Position numbers and translations under genes: made by a program
Assembly: GCA_963555825.3 (NCBI GenBank)
Contig: CAUVXB020000002.1
Span: 1,440,001 to 1,504,000, forward strand
Length of the DNA: 64,000 nt
Origin: Alphaproteobacteria bacterium
Lineage (GTDB): Bacteria > Pseudomonadota > Alphaproteobacteria > JAAXGF01
Direction: 5' to 3'
Notes under the pieces: model-generated
Told to the model about the DNA's origin: nothing
What the model saw: the letters and a program-made list of their open reading frames with translations, nothing else
Database searches by the model: none
Shown here: in pieces, positions 22,648 to 33,839 of the stretch
Layout of the letters: every line of letters starts with the position of its first letter
Numbering within the stretch: the first letter of the stretch is position 1

Positions 22648-22932
22648 CTATTCCGTGTGGGAGGGGACGATTTCGCCGTCGACGATGCTGGGCGGAACGT
22701 ATTTCGACTCGGGCGGGCTCGAGCCGAGCAGCGCGAGGCTCACCAGGCTGGCGCCGAGCAGCGCGATGCCGCTGATGAACAGCCAGGTCCAGGGCGCCTC
22801 GCGCAGGCCCCAGCCCTCGGGCACCGCCTCGCCCGCGGCCTGTCGACGCCAGCGGTGTACGCCCAGCCAGATGCAGTACAGCAGCAGCGGCAGGATCAGC
22901 GGCAGGACGTAGTTTAGCAGAATACGGCTCAT
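22648..22932 (-). CDS. Small membrane protein (DUF6111-like)
   Basis: Two TM segments, YVPP..DG.IVP tail; typical position between nudix and cca genes. Confidence 0.7.
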   Translation of the reverse strand: MSRILLNYVLPLILPLLLYCIWLGVHRWRRQAAGEAVPEGWGLREAPWTWLFISGIALLGASLVSLALLGSSPPESKYVPPSIVDGEIVPSHTE

Positions 22933-23219
22933 GATGATGGGCTCAGGGTTTCGGCGAGGTCGACGATGATGCGGGCGGTCGCGCCCCAGATCATACGCCC
23001 GTTGTAGTCAAAGTAGAAATAATCGCGCATCCGGCCGCTGTATTCGATCTGGCCAATCTGGCGGTTGGCCGGGTCGAGCAGAAAGTCGAGCGGCACCTCG
23101 AACGCCTCGGCGACCTCGAACGCATCCAAGGTATAGACGATCGGCGGCGCGACGAAACCGATCACCGGGACGACGGCGAAGCCGGTCGCGATATCGTGCA
23201 GGCCGAGGCGCCCGATGAC

Positions 23220-24594
23220 GAGCTATAACCGAATCTTGTGTACGGCGTTGAAATGAAGGCGGCGTATCCTGGTGATTGTTGATGTCACCACTTGAGCTAA
23301 GCCAAGGAAGGATACGCCATGAAAGAGAATACCGTTGTTGCTTTTCAAAACCCATCTGATTTTCAGAAAGATCCGTTGACGGAAGTCCTACAAGCTGGAG
23401 CTCGCGAGTTGTTGGCCCAAGCCGTTGAGGCCGAGGTCTCCGTGTTTTTGGGTAGCCATGCGGCGCTTGTTGACGCCGCCGGCCGCCGCCGGGTTGTCCG
23501 CAATGGATATCTGCCGGAACGCTTCATCCAGACCGGGATCGGCCCGGTGAGCGTGCGCCAACCCCGTGTGCGGGACCGGGGGGACGGCGCCATCCGCTTC
23601 ACGTCGGCGATCCTGCCGCGCTATCTGCGCCGCGCCAAGAGCCTGGAAGACCTTTTGCCATGGCTGTATCTGAAGGGCATTTCCACCGGCGACTTCGGGG
23701 AAGCCTTGGCGGCGCTCCTGGGGAGCTCCGCGCCGGGGCTTTCGGCCTCCACGATCACCCGGCTGAAAGAGGTCTGGGGGGTTGAGGCGGAGCGCTGGCA
23801 ACGGCGCGACCTCACGGCCAAGCGCTACGTCTATTTCTGGGTGGACGGCATCTATTTCAGCGCCCGCATGGAGGAAGAGAAGCAGTGCATCCTGGTGATC
23901 GTCGGGGCCACGGACAAGGGACAGAAGGAACTGATCGCCATCGCCGACGGCTATCGCGAAAGTGAGCAGTCCTGGCTCGAAGTTCTGCTCGATCTCAAGC
24001 GGCGCGGCCTTGAAATGGGTCCGCAACTGGCGCTCGGCGACGGCGCGCTCGGCTTCTGGAAGGCGCTCCGCCAAGTCTACCCAGGCGCCCGCGAGCAACG
24101 CTGCTGGGTTCACAAGACGGGCAACGTCTTGAACAAGCTGCCCAAGGGTCTGCAAAAGAAAGCCAAGGGGCGCCTGCAAGACATCTGGATGGCCGAAACC
24201 AGGAAGGATGCCGAGAGCGCCTTCGACTTCTTCCTGGAAGCCTACGGGCCGAAGTACGACAAGGCCGCGGCCTGCCTGGCCAAGGACCGCGACGTCCTGC
24301 TGACGTTCTACGACTTCCCCGCCGAGCACTGGAAGCATGTACGCACGACCAACCCCATCGAGAGCACGTTCGCCACGGTTCGTCTGCGCACCTACCGGAC
24401 CAAGGGCTGCCTGTCGCGCAAGACGGCGATGGCCATGGTCTTCAAACTATGCCAGTGCGCTCAGAGAAAATGGAGAAAACTCGATGGATCGAACCATCTC
24501 GCCGAGATCATTCGCGGCGTCAAATTCGTAGATGGAGAACGCCAGGATCGCGCCGCCGCATGATCAGCCCATACACAACTTTTGACAATAGCTC
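23220..24594 (+). mobile_element. IS256-family element
   Basis: IRs GAGCTATAACCGAATCTTGTGTA / TACACAACTTTTGACAATAGCTC; 9-bp TSD CCCGATGAC. Confidence 0.95.
23319..24563 (+). CDS. IS256 transposase
   Basis: RNGY, WVDGIY, GDGALGFW, QRCWVHK, RTTNPIES. Confidence 0.95.
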   Translation: MKENTVVAFQNPSDFQKDPLTEVLQAGARELLAQAVEAEVSVFLGSHAALVDAAGRRRVVRNGYLPERFIQTGIGPVSVRQPRVRDRGDGAIRFTSAILPRYLRRAKSLEDLLPWLYLKGISTGDFGEALAALLGSSAPGLSASTITRLKEVWGVEAERWQRRDLTAKRYVYFWVDGIYFSARMEEEKQCILVIVGATDKGQKELIAIADGYRESEQSWLEVLLDLKRRGLEMGPQLALGDGALGFWKALRQVYPGAREQRCWVHKTGNVLNKLPKGLQKKAKGRLQDIWMAETRKDAESAFDFFLEAYGPKYDKAAACLAKDRDVLLTFYDFPAEHWKHVRTTNPIESTFATVRLRTYRTKGCLSRKTAMAMVFKLCQCAQRKWRKLDGSNHLAEIIRGVKFVDGERQDRAAA

Positions 24595-24893
24595 CCCGAT
24601 GACCTCGATCCGGTCGATCGCAAGGCCGATCTCCTCCTCGGTTTCGCGCAGCGCCGTCGCCGCCGGATGGTCGTCGCCCGGCTCGATCCGCCCGCCCGGG
24701 AAGCTGATCTGCCCGGCGTGGTCGTCGAGATGCTCGGTGCGCCGGGTAAGGATCACGGTCAGCCCGTCGGCGTGCGTAACCAGCGGCACCAGCACGGCCG
24801 CCAGCGTCGCGCCGCCGACCGGCGCGGGCCAGGCGCCGGTGCCATCGCCGGCGCTGCCGCGCGCCGCCAGCCGCGCGCGCAGCTGGTCGGGCG

Positions 24894-25481
24894 TCATGCC
24901 GCCTCGCTCAGCCGGCCGAGCGGGAAGAAGCAGCCTGCGCTCCAGACGCCGAAAAGCGTCTCGTCGCCGAGCGTCTCTTCGACGCCGATCTCGACGAGTT
25001 GATAAAAGACCGCGCGCGCGATCAACGCCTCCAGCCGGCCGCGCACCAGCACATAGGGCGACGGCTCGCCGGTACGGTCGTCGAGCGCGACGCGGATCGG
25101 GTGCTTCGCGTCGGCCGTCACCTCGTCGTCCAGATTGGTGCGAAAATGCAACGATTGCGCCGATCCCGCGCCCTCGACGTCGAGTGCGACGGCGACGAAC
25201 GGCGCGTCGTCGACCACGACGCGGCCTTTTTCGACCGGCGTGGTCAGCCAGAATTCACCGTCCTCGTCGCGGCTCAGGACGGTCGAGAACAGCTTGGTCA
25301 GTTTTTTGCGACCGATGGGCGAGCCGTGGTAAAACCAAGTGCCGTCGCGGGCGATACGCATATCGAGATCGCCGCACAATTCGGGCTCGCGTCGTTTGCC
25401 CGCGTCGGGCGTCTGTGGCTCGCCGGTATCTGTGCCGAGAGCGGCGGCGAGGTTGGCCGGGTCGATTGTTGGTCTGGTCAT
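24894..25481 (-). CDS. DUF1285 family protein
   Basis: MRIARDGTWFYHGSPIGR, LTTPVEK, FRTNLDD, PYVLVRGRLEA. Confidence 0.85.
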   Translation of the reverse strand: MTRPTIDPANLAAALGTDTGEPQTPDAGKRREPELCGDLDMRIARDGTWFYHGSPIGRKKLTKLFSTVLSRDEDGEFWLTTPVEKGRVVVDDAPFVAVALDVEGAGSAQSLHFRTNLDDEVTADAKHPIRVALDDRTGEPSPYVLVRGRLEALIARAVFYQLVEIGVEETLGDETLFGVWSAGCFFPLGRLSEAA

Positions 25482-25518
25482 CCTAAATTCTCTTGCAGCA
25501 GATCACGGAGCGCACCCC

Positions 25519-26529
<1,011 letters not shown>

Positions 26530-26539
26530 TGGCCGGCGC

Positions 26540-27421
26540 ATGACCCAGGCGACCCTGGCGCGCCGTCAGGAGGCGGAACAGCTCGCCGCGACCCTGCCGT
26601 CGCTGCTGGTCGCCGCCGAGCGCGTCGCCGCGATCGTCGCCCAGGGCGTCCACGGTCGCCGCCGTGTCGGCATCGGCGAGACCTTCTGGCAATACCGGCG
26701 CTATCAGCCCGGCGATTCGACGACGCAGATCGATTGGCGGCAGTCCGCCAAGCGCAGCCACGTCTTCATCCGCGAGAACGAGTGGGAGGCGGCCGAGAGC
26801 GTCTGGATCTGGTGCGACGCCTCGCCATCGATGCGCTATCAATCGGCGCTCGCGCGGACCACCAAGGAGGACCGCGCCGCGCTCATGGCACTGGCGCTCG
26901 CCGTGCTGCTAATCCGTGGTGGAGAGCAGGTCGCCTTGCTCGGCGGCGATAGCCGGCCGACGACCGGCAGCACCACGCTGACGCGTCTCGCGACCGAGCT
27001 CGAGCACGGCGAGGAGGACCAGCCCAGCCAGCCGCCCATGGCGGTCTTGCCGCGCTATGCGCAGGTCGTGCTGATCGGCGATTTCCTGTCGCCAACCGAG
27101 GAGACCGAGGCGCTCATCAGGCATTACGTCGGCGGCGGCGTGAAGGGCCATCTGCTGCAGATCGTCGATCCCGCCGAGGAGACCCTGCCGTTCAGCGGGC
27201 GAACGCGGTTCGAGGGGCTCGAGGACGAGGGCGACATACTCGTCGGACGTCCGGAATCGCTGCGCGACGACTATGTCGGGCGCTTCCTCGCGCACCGCGC
27301 CGAGATCGCCGCGTTCGCGCGCGCCGCCGGCTGGAACTTCGCCGTGCACCACACAGACCGCCCGGCACAGACCGCCTTGCTCGCGCTCTATGTCGCCATG
27401 TCGGCGCAATCGGGGTGGTGA
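26540..27421 (+). CDS. DUF58 protein
   Basis: GVHGRRR.G.GETFWQYRRYQPGD, IDWRQSA. Confidence 0.9.
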   Translation: MTQATLARRQEAEQLAATLPSLLVAAERVAAIVAQGVHGRRRVGIGETFWQYRRYQPGDSTTQIDWRQSAKRSHVFIRENEWEAAESVWIWCDASPSMRYQSALARTTKEDRAALMALALAVLLIRGGEQVALLGGDSRPTTGSTTLTRLATELEHGEEDQPSQPPMAVLPRYAQVVLIGDFLSPTEETEALIRHYVGGGVKGHLLQIVDPAEETLPFSGRTRFEGLEDEGDILVGRPESLRDDYVGRFLAHRAEIAAFARAAGWNFAVHHTDRPAQTALLALYVAMSAQSGW

Positions 27422-27425
27422 CGCC

Positions 27426-30152
27426 ATGATCGATCTCGGCGGCTTCGCCTTCGCGGCGCCCTGGATGCTCGCGGCGCTGGTCATCGTGCCGCTGATCTGG
27501 TGGCTGTTGCGGATCACGCCGCCGACCCCGGCGCGGGTGTTGTTTCCGGCGGTGCGTCTGCTGTTCGGCCTGATGCGCGACGAGGAGACGCCGGCCAAGA
27601 CGCCGCCCTGGCTGATCGTCCTGCGCATGGCGATCGCGACGCTCGTCATTCTCGCCCTCGCCGAGCCGCTACTCAATCCGGGCGTCCGGCTCGAGGGCCA
27701 GGGGCCATTGCTCATCGCGGTCGACGACGGCTGGGCGTCGGCGCGGCGTTGGGATCGACGCCAGGCGGCGCTGGCCGATCTGATCGACAAGGCCGAGCGC
27801 GCCGATCGGCCGGTCGTCTTGTTGACCACGGCGCCGACCGCCGCCGATGGCATGACGCCGCCAAGCGGCATCCTGCGCGCCGCTCAGGCGCGCGATATCG
27901 CCCAGGCGATGCAGCCCAAGCCGTGGCCGGTCGACCGCGACGCCGCCCGGGCCACGCTCGGACGCCTCTTGATCGGCGGTGGCGCAGACGTGGTGTGGCT
28001 GAGCGACGGGCTCGAGGGTGGTGACACAAGATTTGCCGCCGCGCTGGCCGCGCGTGGCCGCCTGCGCGTGTTCGTTGACGCCGACCTAGGGCGCACGCTT
28101 GTGCTCGCGTCGCCTGGCGCCGAACCCGGCGTCATGCGCCTGACCGTCAAGCGCCCCGCCGCCGCCGCCGCCGATGAGGTCTGGTTGCGCGCAAGCAGCG
28201 AGAGCGGCGCCGTGCTGGCGCGTCAACGGGTGCTATTCGCCGCCGGTGAGCACGACGCCGAGGTCGTCGTCGAGGCGCCGGCCGAGCTGCGCAACGATAT
28301 CGTGCGCCTCGATATCGAGGGCGCGCGCAGTGCCGCCGGCGTCGTCCTGATCGACGAACGTTGGCGGCGCCGGCCGGTCGGGCTGGTGTCGGCGAGCTCG
28401 GCCGAGGCCGACCAGCCGTTGCTGTCCGAACTGTACTATCTCGAGCGCGCGCTCAATCCCTTCAGCGAGGTCCGCAAGGGCGAATTGCGCGAGCTGTTGG
28501 CGCGGCCGCTCGCCGTGCTGGTTCTCGCCGACGTCGCCAAGGTGATCGGCGACGACCGGTCGGCGTTGGTCGACTGGCTGGAGGCCGGCGGCGTGCTGAT
28601 CCGCTTCGCCGGCCCGCGCATCGCCGATCGTACGGGCGACACCGACGACCTGGTGCCGGTCCGGCTGCGCGGCGGCGGCCGCGTGCTCGGCGGTGCGATG
28701 TCGTGGAACGAGCCGGCGCCGCTCGCACCCTTCGCACCCGGCACGCCGTTCGCCGGATTGGCCGTGCCCGCCGACGTACGGGTGCATCGCCAGGTGCTCG
28801 CCGAGCCAGCGCTCGACCTCGCTGCCAAGACTTGGGCGCGGCTCGCCGACGGCACGCCATTGGTGACCGCCGAACGGCGCGAGCACGGCTGGTTGGTGCT
28901 GGTCCACACGACCGCCAACACGGCCTGGTCGGATCTCGCGTTGTCGGGGCTCTTCGTCGAGATGCTGCAGCGCCTGGCGGCCCTGAGTCAGGGCGTCGCG
29001 GGCGAGGCCGGACAAGGTTTTCTCGCGCCGATCACGACGCTCGACGGGTTCGGGCGGCTGGCCGACCCGCCGCCGACCGCGCGGCCGATACCGACCGCCG
29101 ACATCGTCACGGCCTCGGCGGGACCGGCGAGCCCGCCCGGCTTCTACGGCGCCGACGGGGCGCGTCACGCGCTGAACCTGGGCGCCGGGATGGGCGCGCT
29201 GCGCGCCATCGGCGCGCTGCCGGAAAGCGCCGAGAAACGCGTCTATGGCGAGACCGGCGAGATCGATATCGGCGCCTGGCTGCTCGTCGCGGTCGTTGTT
29301 CTCGCATTGGTCGACCTGATTGCCAGCCTGGCGCTGCGCGGACTCGTCCGGTTGGGCGCCGCGGCGGCGACGGCGGGCGCCGTTCTGGTGGTCCTCGCCG
29401 CGCCGCCGGCGTACGCCCAACAGGACGACGACTTCGTTCTCAAGGCGACGCTCGAGACACGGCTCGCCTATGTGCGGACCGGCGACGACGGGCTCGACGA
29501 GATCAGCCGCGCCGGCTTGGTAGGCCTTGGCGCGACGCTGCGCGCGCGCACCTCGATCGAGCCGGCGCCACCGATGGGGATCGACATCGACCGCGACGAG
29601 ATCATCTTCTTCCCGCTGATCTATTGGCCGATGAGCGCGACGCAGCCGCCGCTCCGGCCGCGGGCGCTGGCCAAGGTCGACCATTACCTGAAGACCGGCG
29701 GCATCATCCTGTTCGACACGCGCGACCAGAACGCGCGCCTGTCGGGCAACATCGGCGGTGGCGGGCCGGGCGCCAAACAATTGCGCAAGCTGCTCGGCGG
29801 GCTCAACGTGCCGCCGCTGCAGCCGGTGCCGGCCGAGCATGTGCTGACCCGCGCGTTCTATCTGATGCAGGATTTCCCGGGCCGCTGGACCGGCGGGCCG
29901 CTCTGGGTCGAGCGCCACGAGGGCGGCGTCAACGACGGCGTCTCATCGCTCATCATCGGCAGCCACGATTGGGCGGCGGCCTGGGCGATCGACCAGCAGC
30001 GGCGCCCGATGTTCGCTGTCGTGCCCGACGGCGAGCGTCAGCGCGAACAGGCCTACCGCTTCGGCATCAACCTCGTGATGTACGCCATGACCGGCAACTA
30101 CAAGGCCGATCAGGTGCACTTGCCGGCGATCCTCGAGCGACTCGGCCAATGA
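27426..30152 (+). CDS. BatA / DUF4159 membrane protein
   Basis: N-terminal BatA TM pair, vWA-like VDDGW, C-terminal DUF4159 (FPLIYWP, RFGINLVMYAMTGNYKADQVH). Confidence 0.85.
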   Translation: MIDLGGFAFAAPWMLAALVIVPLIWWLLRITPPTPARVLFPAVRLLFGLMRDEETPAKTPPWLIVLRMAIATLVILALAEPLLNPGVRLEGQGPLLIAVDDGWASARRWDRRQAALADLIDKAERADRPVVLLTTAPTAADGMTPPSGILRAAQARDIAQAMQPKPWPVDRDAARATLGRLLIGGGADVVWLSDGLEGGDTRFAAALAARGRLRVFVDADLGRTLVLASPGAEPGVMRLTVKRPAAAAADEVWLRASSESGAVLARQRVLFAAGEHDAEVVVEAPAELRNDIVRLDIEGARSAAGVVLIDERWRRRPVGLVSASSAEADQPLLSELYYLERALNPFSEVRKGELRELLARPLAVLVLADVAKVIGDDRSALVDWLEAGGVLIRFAGPRIADRTGDTDDLVPVRLRGGGRVLGGAMSWNEPAPLAPFAPGTPFAGLAVPADVRVHRQVLAEPALDLAAKTWARLADGTPLVTAERREHGWLVLVHTTANTAWSDLALSGLFVEMLQRLAALSQGVAGEAGQGFLAPITTLDGFGRLADPPPTARPIPTADIVTASAGPASPPGFYGADGARHALNLGAGMGALRAIGALPESAEKRVYGETGEIDIGAWLLVAVVVLALVDLIASLALRGLVRLGAAAATAGAVLVVLAAPPAYAQQDDDFVLKATLETRLAYVRTGDDGLDEISRAGLVGLGATLRARTSIEPAPPMGIDIDRDEIIFFPLIYWPMSATQPPLRPRALAKVDHYLKTGGIILFDTRDQNARLSGNIGGGGPGAKQLRKLLGGLNVPPLQPVPAEHVLTRAFYLMQDFPGRWTGGPLWVERHEGGVNDGVSSLIIGSHDWAAAWAIDQQRRPMFAVVPDGERQREQAYRFGINLVMYAMTGNYKADQVHLPAILERLGQ

Positions 30153-32245
30153 CCGAGGCGATGACCACGATCGCCGCCGCGCCGCTCGTGCCGTGGCCTC
30201 TGATCGCGCTGCTCGCGATCGCCGCCATGGCCGGCATCGGCTTGGCGCTCAAGTGCCGGGCGCGCGGCGCCTGGTGGCGCGCGCTCGGCTTCGCCGCGGC
30301 GCTCGGCGCGCTGATCAACCCGGCGCTGGTCGAGGAGGTGCGCGAGTTGCTGCCCGACGTCGCCGTCGTCGTGATCGACGATTCGGCGAGCCAGTCGATC
30401 GGCACGCGGCGCGACCAGGCGGCGGCGGCGGCCGACGCGTTGGCCGCGCGCCTCGCGGAGATCCCCAATCTCGAGACACGCACCGTCGTCTTCGACGCGG
30501 CGGCGAGCGCCGCCGGCGCGACGCCGGGTTCGGGGACGCGGCTGTTCGAGCTGCTCGGCCGCACCCTGGTCGACGTACCGCGCCAGCGGCTCGCCGGCGT
30601 CGTCATGGTGACCGACGGCCAGGTGCACGACGTGCCGGCCGATGTCGCCGCGCTCGGCCTCGACGCGCCGCTGCACCTCTTGCTCACCGGCCAGCACGGC
30701 GACCGCGACCGCCGGCTGGTCGTCGAGCGCGCGCCGCGCTATGGCGTGGTCGGCAATACCCAGACCCTAGTCGTGCGCGTCGAGGATGCCGGCAACCCGG
30801 CGAGCAACGGCAGCCTTGCAAAAGTTACTGTACGGCGCGGCGCCGGTGCCGAGCAGTCGTACTTCGTGCCGGTCGGCGTCAGCCACGAATTGGACTTCGA
30901 TCTCGACCGCGCCGGTATGACGGTGATCGAGATCGATGTCGAGGATGGCCCCGGCGAGCTGAGCCGCTTGAACAACCGCGCCGTCGTCGAGGTCAACGGG
31001 GTGCGCGAGCGCCTGCGCGTGCTGCTCGTCTCGGGTGTCGCGCATGCCGGCGAACGCGTCTGGCGCAACCTCTTGAAGTCCGACCCGTCGGTCGATCTGG
31101 TCCATTTCACGATCCTGCGGCCGCCCGAGAAGCAGGACGCGACACCGATCCACGAACTGGCGCTGATTTCTTTTCCGATCCGCGAACTGTTCGAGATCAA
31201 GCTGAACGAATTCGATCTGATCATCTTCGACCGATACCGGCGGCGCGGCGTCGTGCCGGTCACCTATCTGGGCAACATCGCGCGTTATGTCGAAGAGGGC
31301 GGCGCGCTACTCACCGCCGCCGGCCCGTCGTTCGCCTCGACGCTCAGCCTGTTCCGCACGCCGCTCAACTACGTGCTGCCGGCGAGCCCGACCGGCGAGG
31401 TCATCGAGACCGGCTACCGCGCCGAGTTGACCGCGCTCGGCCGGCGCCATCCGGTGACCGCCAACCTGCCCGGCGCCGGCGCGGTCGGCGAGACGCCGAG
31501 CTGGGGCCGCTGGTACCGCCAGATCGACGCCGAGGTCGACCGCGGCGTCGCGCTGATGGAAGGCGTCGCGGACCGGCCTGTGCTGGTGCTCGACCGGCTC
31601 GGCGAGGGCCGTGTCGCGCAGCTCCTGACCGACCATCTGTGGCTCTGGGCGCGCGGTCACGAGGGCGGCGGCCCGCAGGCCGAGCTGTTGCGCCGTCTCG
31701 CGCATTGGTTGATGAAAGAGCCCGACCTCGAGGAAGAGGACCTGCGCGCCGTCTCGCGCGGCGGCAAGATCGACATCATCCGCCGCAGCCTGTCCGACGC
31801 GGTGGTGCCGGTCAGCGTCACGGCGCCGTCGGGCGCGATCCGCGAGGTCGACCTCGAGGACGCCGGCGACGGCCGTTCGGTGGCGACGATCGCGGTCGAC
31901 GAGCCGGGCATCTACCGCCTGAGCGACGGTGTGCACACGGCGATCAGCGCGGTCGGCGAGATCAACCCGCTCGAATTCGCCGATCTGCGCGCCAGCGCCG
32001 CCCTGCTGGCGCCGGTGGTGCGCGCGACGGGCGGTACGGCGCTCTGGCTGGCCGACGAGCCGGCGCCGGCGGTGCGCATGGTGCGTGCCGGCCGCGACAC
32101 CGCCGGGCGCGGCTGGATCGGCCTGGTGGCCAACAACGACTACGTCGTCACCGGCATCCACCAAGTCCCGCTGATGCCCGCGCTCCTGGTGCTGGCGCTC
32201 GTCCTCGGCGGCCTGATGCTCGCCTGGCGCGCCGAGGGAAGCTAG
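30149..32245 (+). CDS. Membrane protein with vWA and glutamine-amidotransferase-like domains
   Basis: DDSASQ, TDGQVHD, WRNLLKSDPSVDLVHFTILRPPEKQD; last gene of the MoxR cluster. Confidence 0.8.
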   Translation: MTEAMTTIAAAPLVPWPLIALLAIAAMAGIGLALKCRARGAWWRALGFAAALGALINPALVEEVRELLPDVAVVVIDDSASQSIGTRRDQAAAAADALAARLAEIPNLETRTVVFDAAASAAGATPGSGTRLFELLGRTLVDVPRQRLAGVVMVTDGQVHDVPADVAALGLDAPLHLLLTGQHGDRDRRLVVERAPRYGVVGNTQTLVVRVEDAGNPASNGSLAKVTVRRGAGAEQSYFVPVGVSHELDFDLDRAGMTVIEIDVEDGPGELSRLNNRAVVEVNGVRERLRVLLVSGVAHAGERVWRNLLKSDPSVDLVHFTILRPPEKQDATPIHELALISFPIRELFEIKLNEFDLIIFDRYRRRGVVPVTYLGNIARYVEEGGALLTAAGPSFASTLSLFRTPLNYVLPASPTGEVIETGYRAELTALGRRHPVTANLPGAGAVGETPSWGRWYRQIDAEVDRGVALMEGVADRPVLVLDRLGEGRVAQLLTDHLWLWARGHEGGGPQAELLRRLAHWLMKEPDLEEEDLRAVSRGGKIDIIRRSLSDAVVPVSVTAPSGAIREVDLEDAGDGRSVATIAVDEPGIYRLSDGVHTAISAVGEINPLEFADLRASAALLAPVVRATGGTALWLADEPAPAVRMVRAGRDTAGRGWIGLVANNDYVVTGIHQVPLMPALLVLALVLGGLMLAWRAEGS

Positions 32246-32250
32246 GGGTT

Positions 32251-32313
32251 CTTTGTACGGTCATCTTCAATTCATGAAGATGACCTGCGCTCAATTGCCG
32301 CGCAAGCCAATCT
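32251..32313. repeat. Dispersed intergenic hairpin repeat
   Basis: GGTCATCTTC..GAAGATGACC stem shared with 53980-54022; 29-nt tail is 27/29 identical to 57214-57242. Confidence 0.65.
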
Positions 32314-32408
32314 CACGGAATCAAAGCTGGCCGAACGGTCGGCGGCCCGCCTCTTGTCCCAATAAGGTTGGCGCGGGCTGGTAGATTCCGACCGATTCTG
32401 ATTGATCG

Positions 32409-33167
32409 CTACGTCCGGGTGGTCTCCATCGGGCAGCCGGGCGCACGTTTGCCGGCGATGTAGTCGTCGATCAGCTCGATCATGCGCGCGCGGCCGAAGC
32501 TCGGCCGGTGGCCGCCGTGGACGGTGGTAACGGGCAGGCCGCGCAGGCGCTCCATGGTCTCGAGGTAATCCGGGACGTTCGAGTGGTGCAGGCCGTCGAG
32601 CAGCTCGCCATCGTAGATCGCGTCGCCCGAGAACAGGATGCCCGTCGCCGCCTCCCACAGGCCGATCGAGCCCGGCGAGTGGCCCGGCAGGTGGATGACC
32701 TCGAAGGCGCGGTCGCCGAGGTCGATGACGTCGCCGTCGGCGACCACGCGTGTCGCCGGCGCCGACTCGATCGCGTAATCGGCGACGCGGTAGCCCGCGC
32801 GCGGCAGCGCGGTGATCGAGGCCTCGTCGACGTATCTCTCGATCAGCGTGTTGTCGCGCGTCGGCGCCGCCAGCACATCGGCCTCGCCGGCGTGCACCAG
32901 CCGTTCGTCGAATTCATGGTGCGAGCCGATGTGGTCGAAGTGGCTGTGGGTCGCGAAGGCCAGCACCGGCTTGTCGATCAAGTGGCTTATGGCGTCCTTC
33001 AAGGACGCCATGCCCATGCCGGTATCGATCAACAGGTCGCGCTCGCGGCCCGGCACGTGCCAAATGTTGCAGCGCATGAAGCGGATGACGTGCGGCTCCC
33101 AGATATGGCTGATGCCGTCGTCGAGCGTACGGTACTCGAACCAGCGGTCGGCGACCGGCAAGGGCAT
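32409..33167 (-). CDS. MBL-fold metallo-hydrolase
   Basis: THSHFDHIG, PGHSPG, FSGD, GGH. Confidence 0.88.
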   Translation of the reverse strand: MPLPVADRWFEYRTLDDGISHIWEPHVIRFMRCNIWHVPGRERDLLIDTGMGMASLKDAISHLIDKPVLAFATHSHFDHIGSHHEFDERLVHAGEADVLAAPTRDNTLIERYVDEASITALPRAGYRVADYAIESAPATRVVADGDVIDLGDRAFEVIHLPGHSPGSIGLWEAATGILFSGDAIYDGELLDGLHHSNVPDYLETMERLRGLPVTTVHGGHRPSFGRARMIELIDDYIAGKRAPGCPMETTRT

Positions 33168-33176
33168 GGCCTTCCC

Positions 33177-33467
33177 CTAAGCTGCTTCGTCCGCCGGATG
33201 CACGCGCGCGGCGATTTCCGCGCCGCGGTCGCGCTCGACGACGGCGATGTCGTACTGGCCTTGCAGGTCGAGCCAGAACTGCGCCCGATTGCCGAAATAG
33301 CGCCCGAGCCGTACGGCCGTGTCGGCGCTAATCGAGCGCCGTCCGTTGAGAATGTCGGTGATGCGACCCGACGGCACGCCGATGTCGAGTGCGAGCCGGT
33401 TGGCGCTGAGCGTCCGGGCTGCCAGCTCGCGGCCAAGCAGGCGGCCAGGATGCGCGATCGGGGTCAT
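33177..33467 (-). CDS. higA: HigA-family antitoxin
   Basis: HPGRLL, HTH, ISADTAVRLGRYFG..AQFWLDLQ. Confidence 0.9.
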   Translation of the reverse strand: MTPIAHPGRLLGRELAARTLSANRLALDIGVPSGRITDILNGRRSISADTAVRLGRYFGNRAQFWLDLQGQYDIAVVERDRGAEIAARVHPADEAA

Positions 33468-33471
33468 GGCT

Positions 33472-33759
33472 TCATCCCTTGTGATAGTCGACGATCTCGA
33501 CATTGTACGCGTCGCCCTTGCGGAACTCGAAGCAGATGCGCCACGGTCCATTGACCGTCATCGCCCACTGCCCCTTACGAATGCCCTTGAGCCTGTGGAG
33601 CCCGACGCTCGCCAGCGGACTAAGGTCGTGCACCGAACCGGCGACGTTGAGGGCAAGCAGTAGGTCGACGGCGGCTTGGTCGTCCAGACCACGAAACCGA
33701 TTGGGATGTTCGCCTTCCCAGACTTTACGGCTTGCCGCGTTCCGCCACGACTTAATCAC
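33472..33759 (-). CDS. higB: HigB-family toxin
   Basis: LHRLKG.RKGQWAMTVNGPWRICFEF...VEIVDYH; lies upstream of the antitoxin. Confidence 0.9.
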   Translation of the reverse strand: MIKSWRNAASRKVWEGEHPNRFRGLDDQAAVDLLLALNVAGSVHDLSPLASVGLHRLKGIRKGQWAMTVNGPWRICFEFRKGDAYNVEIVDYHKG

Positions 33760-33839
33760 GGCAAAAACGTACTACGTCATACGGTGAATTGCAACCGCCA
33801 TCGCAGAATTTTCTGCAGCCAATCGCGTGCCACAGCCGC

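Larger units (their letters stand above)
22929..24897 (-). pseudogene. CoA pyrophosphatase (NudL-type Nudix) split by IS256
   Basis: HAGQISFPGG, ALRETEEEIG, IEVIG | RLGLHDIATGF...IWGATA; frame restored on removing the IS and one TSD. Confidence 0.9.

Noticed and set aside
28361-30148. N-terminal half of the 1294-aa ORF and other long alternative or antisense ORFs (e.g. 10106-11788, 14572-16209, 46626-48134)
   Set aside because: Arg/Ala/Pro-rich shadow frames of real genes, expected at high GC.
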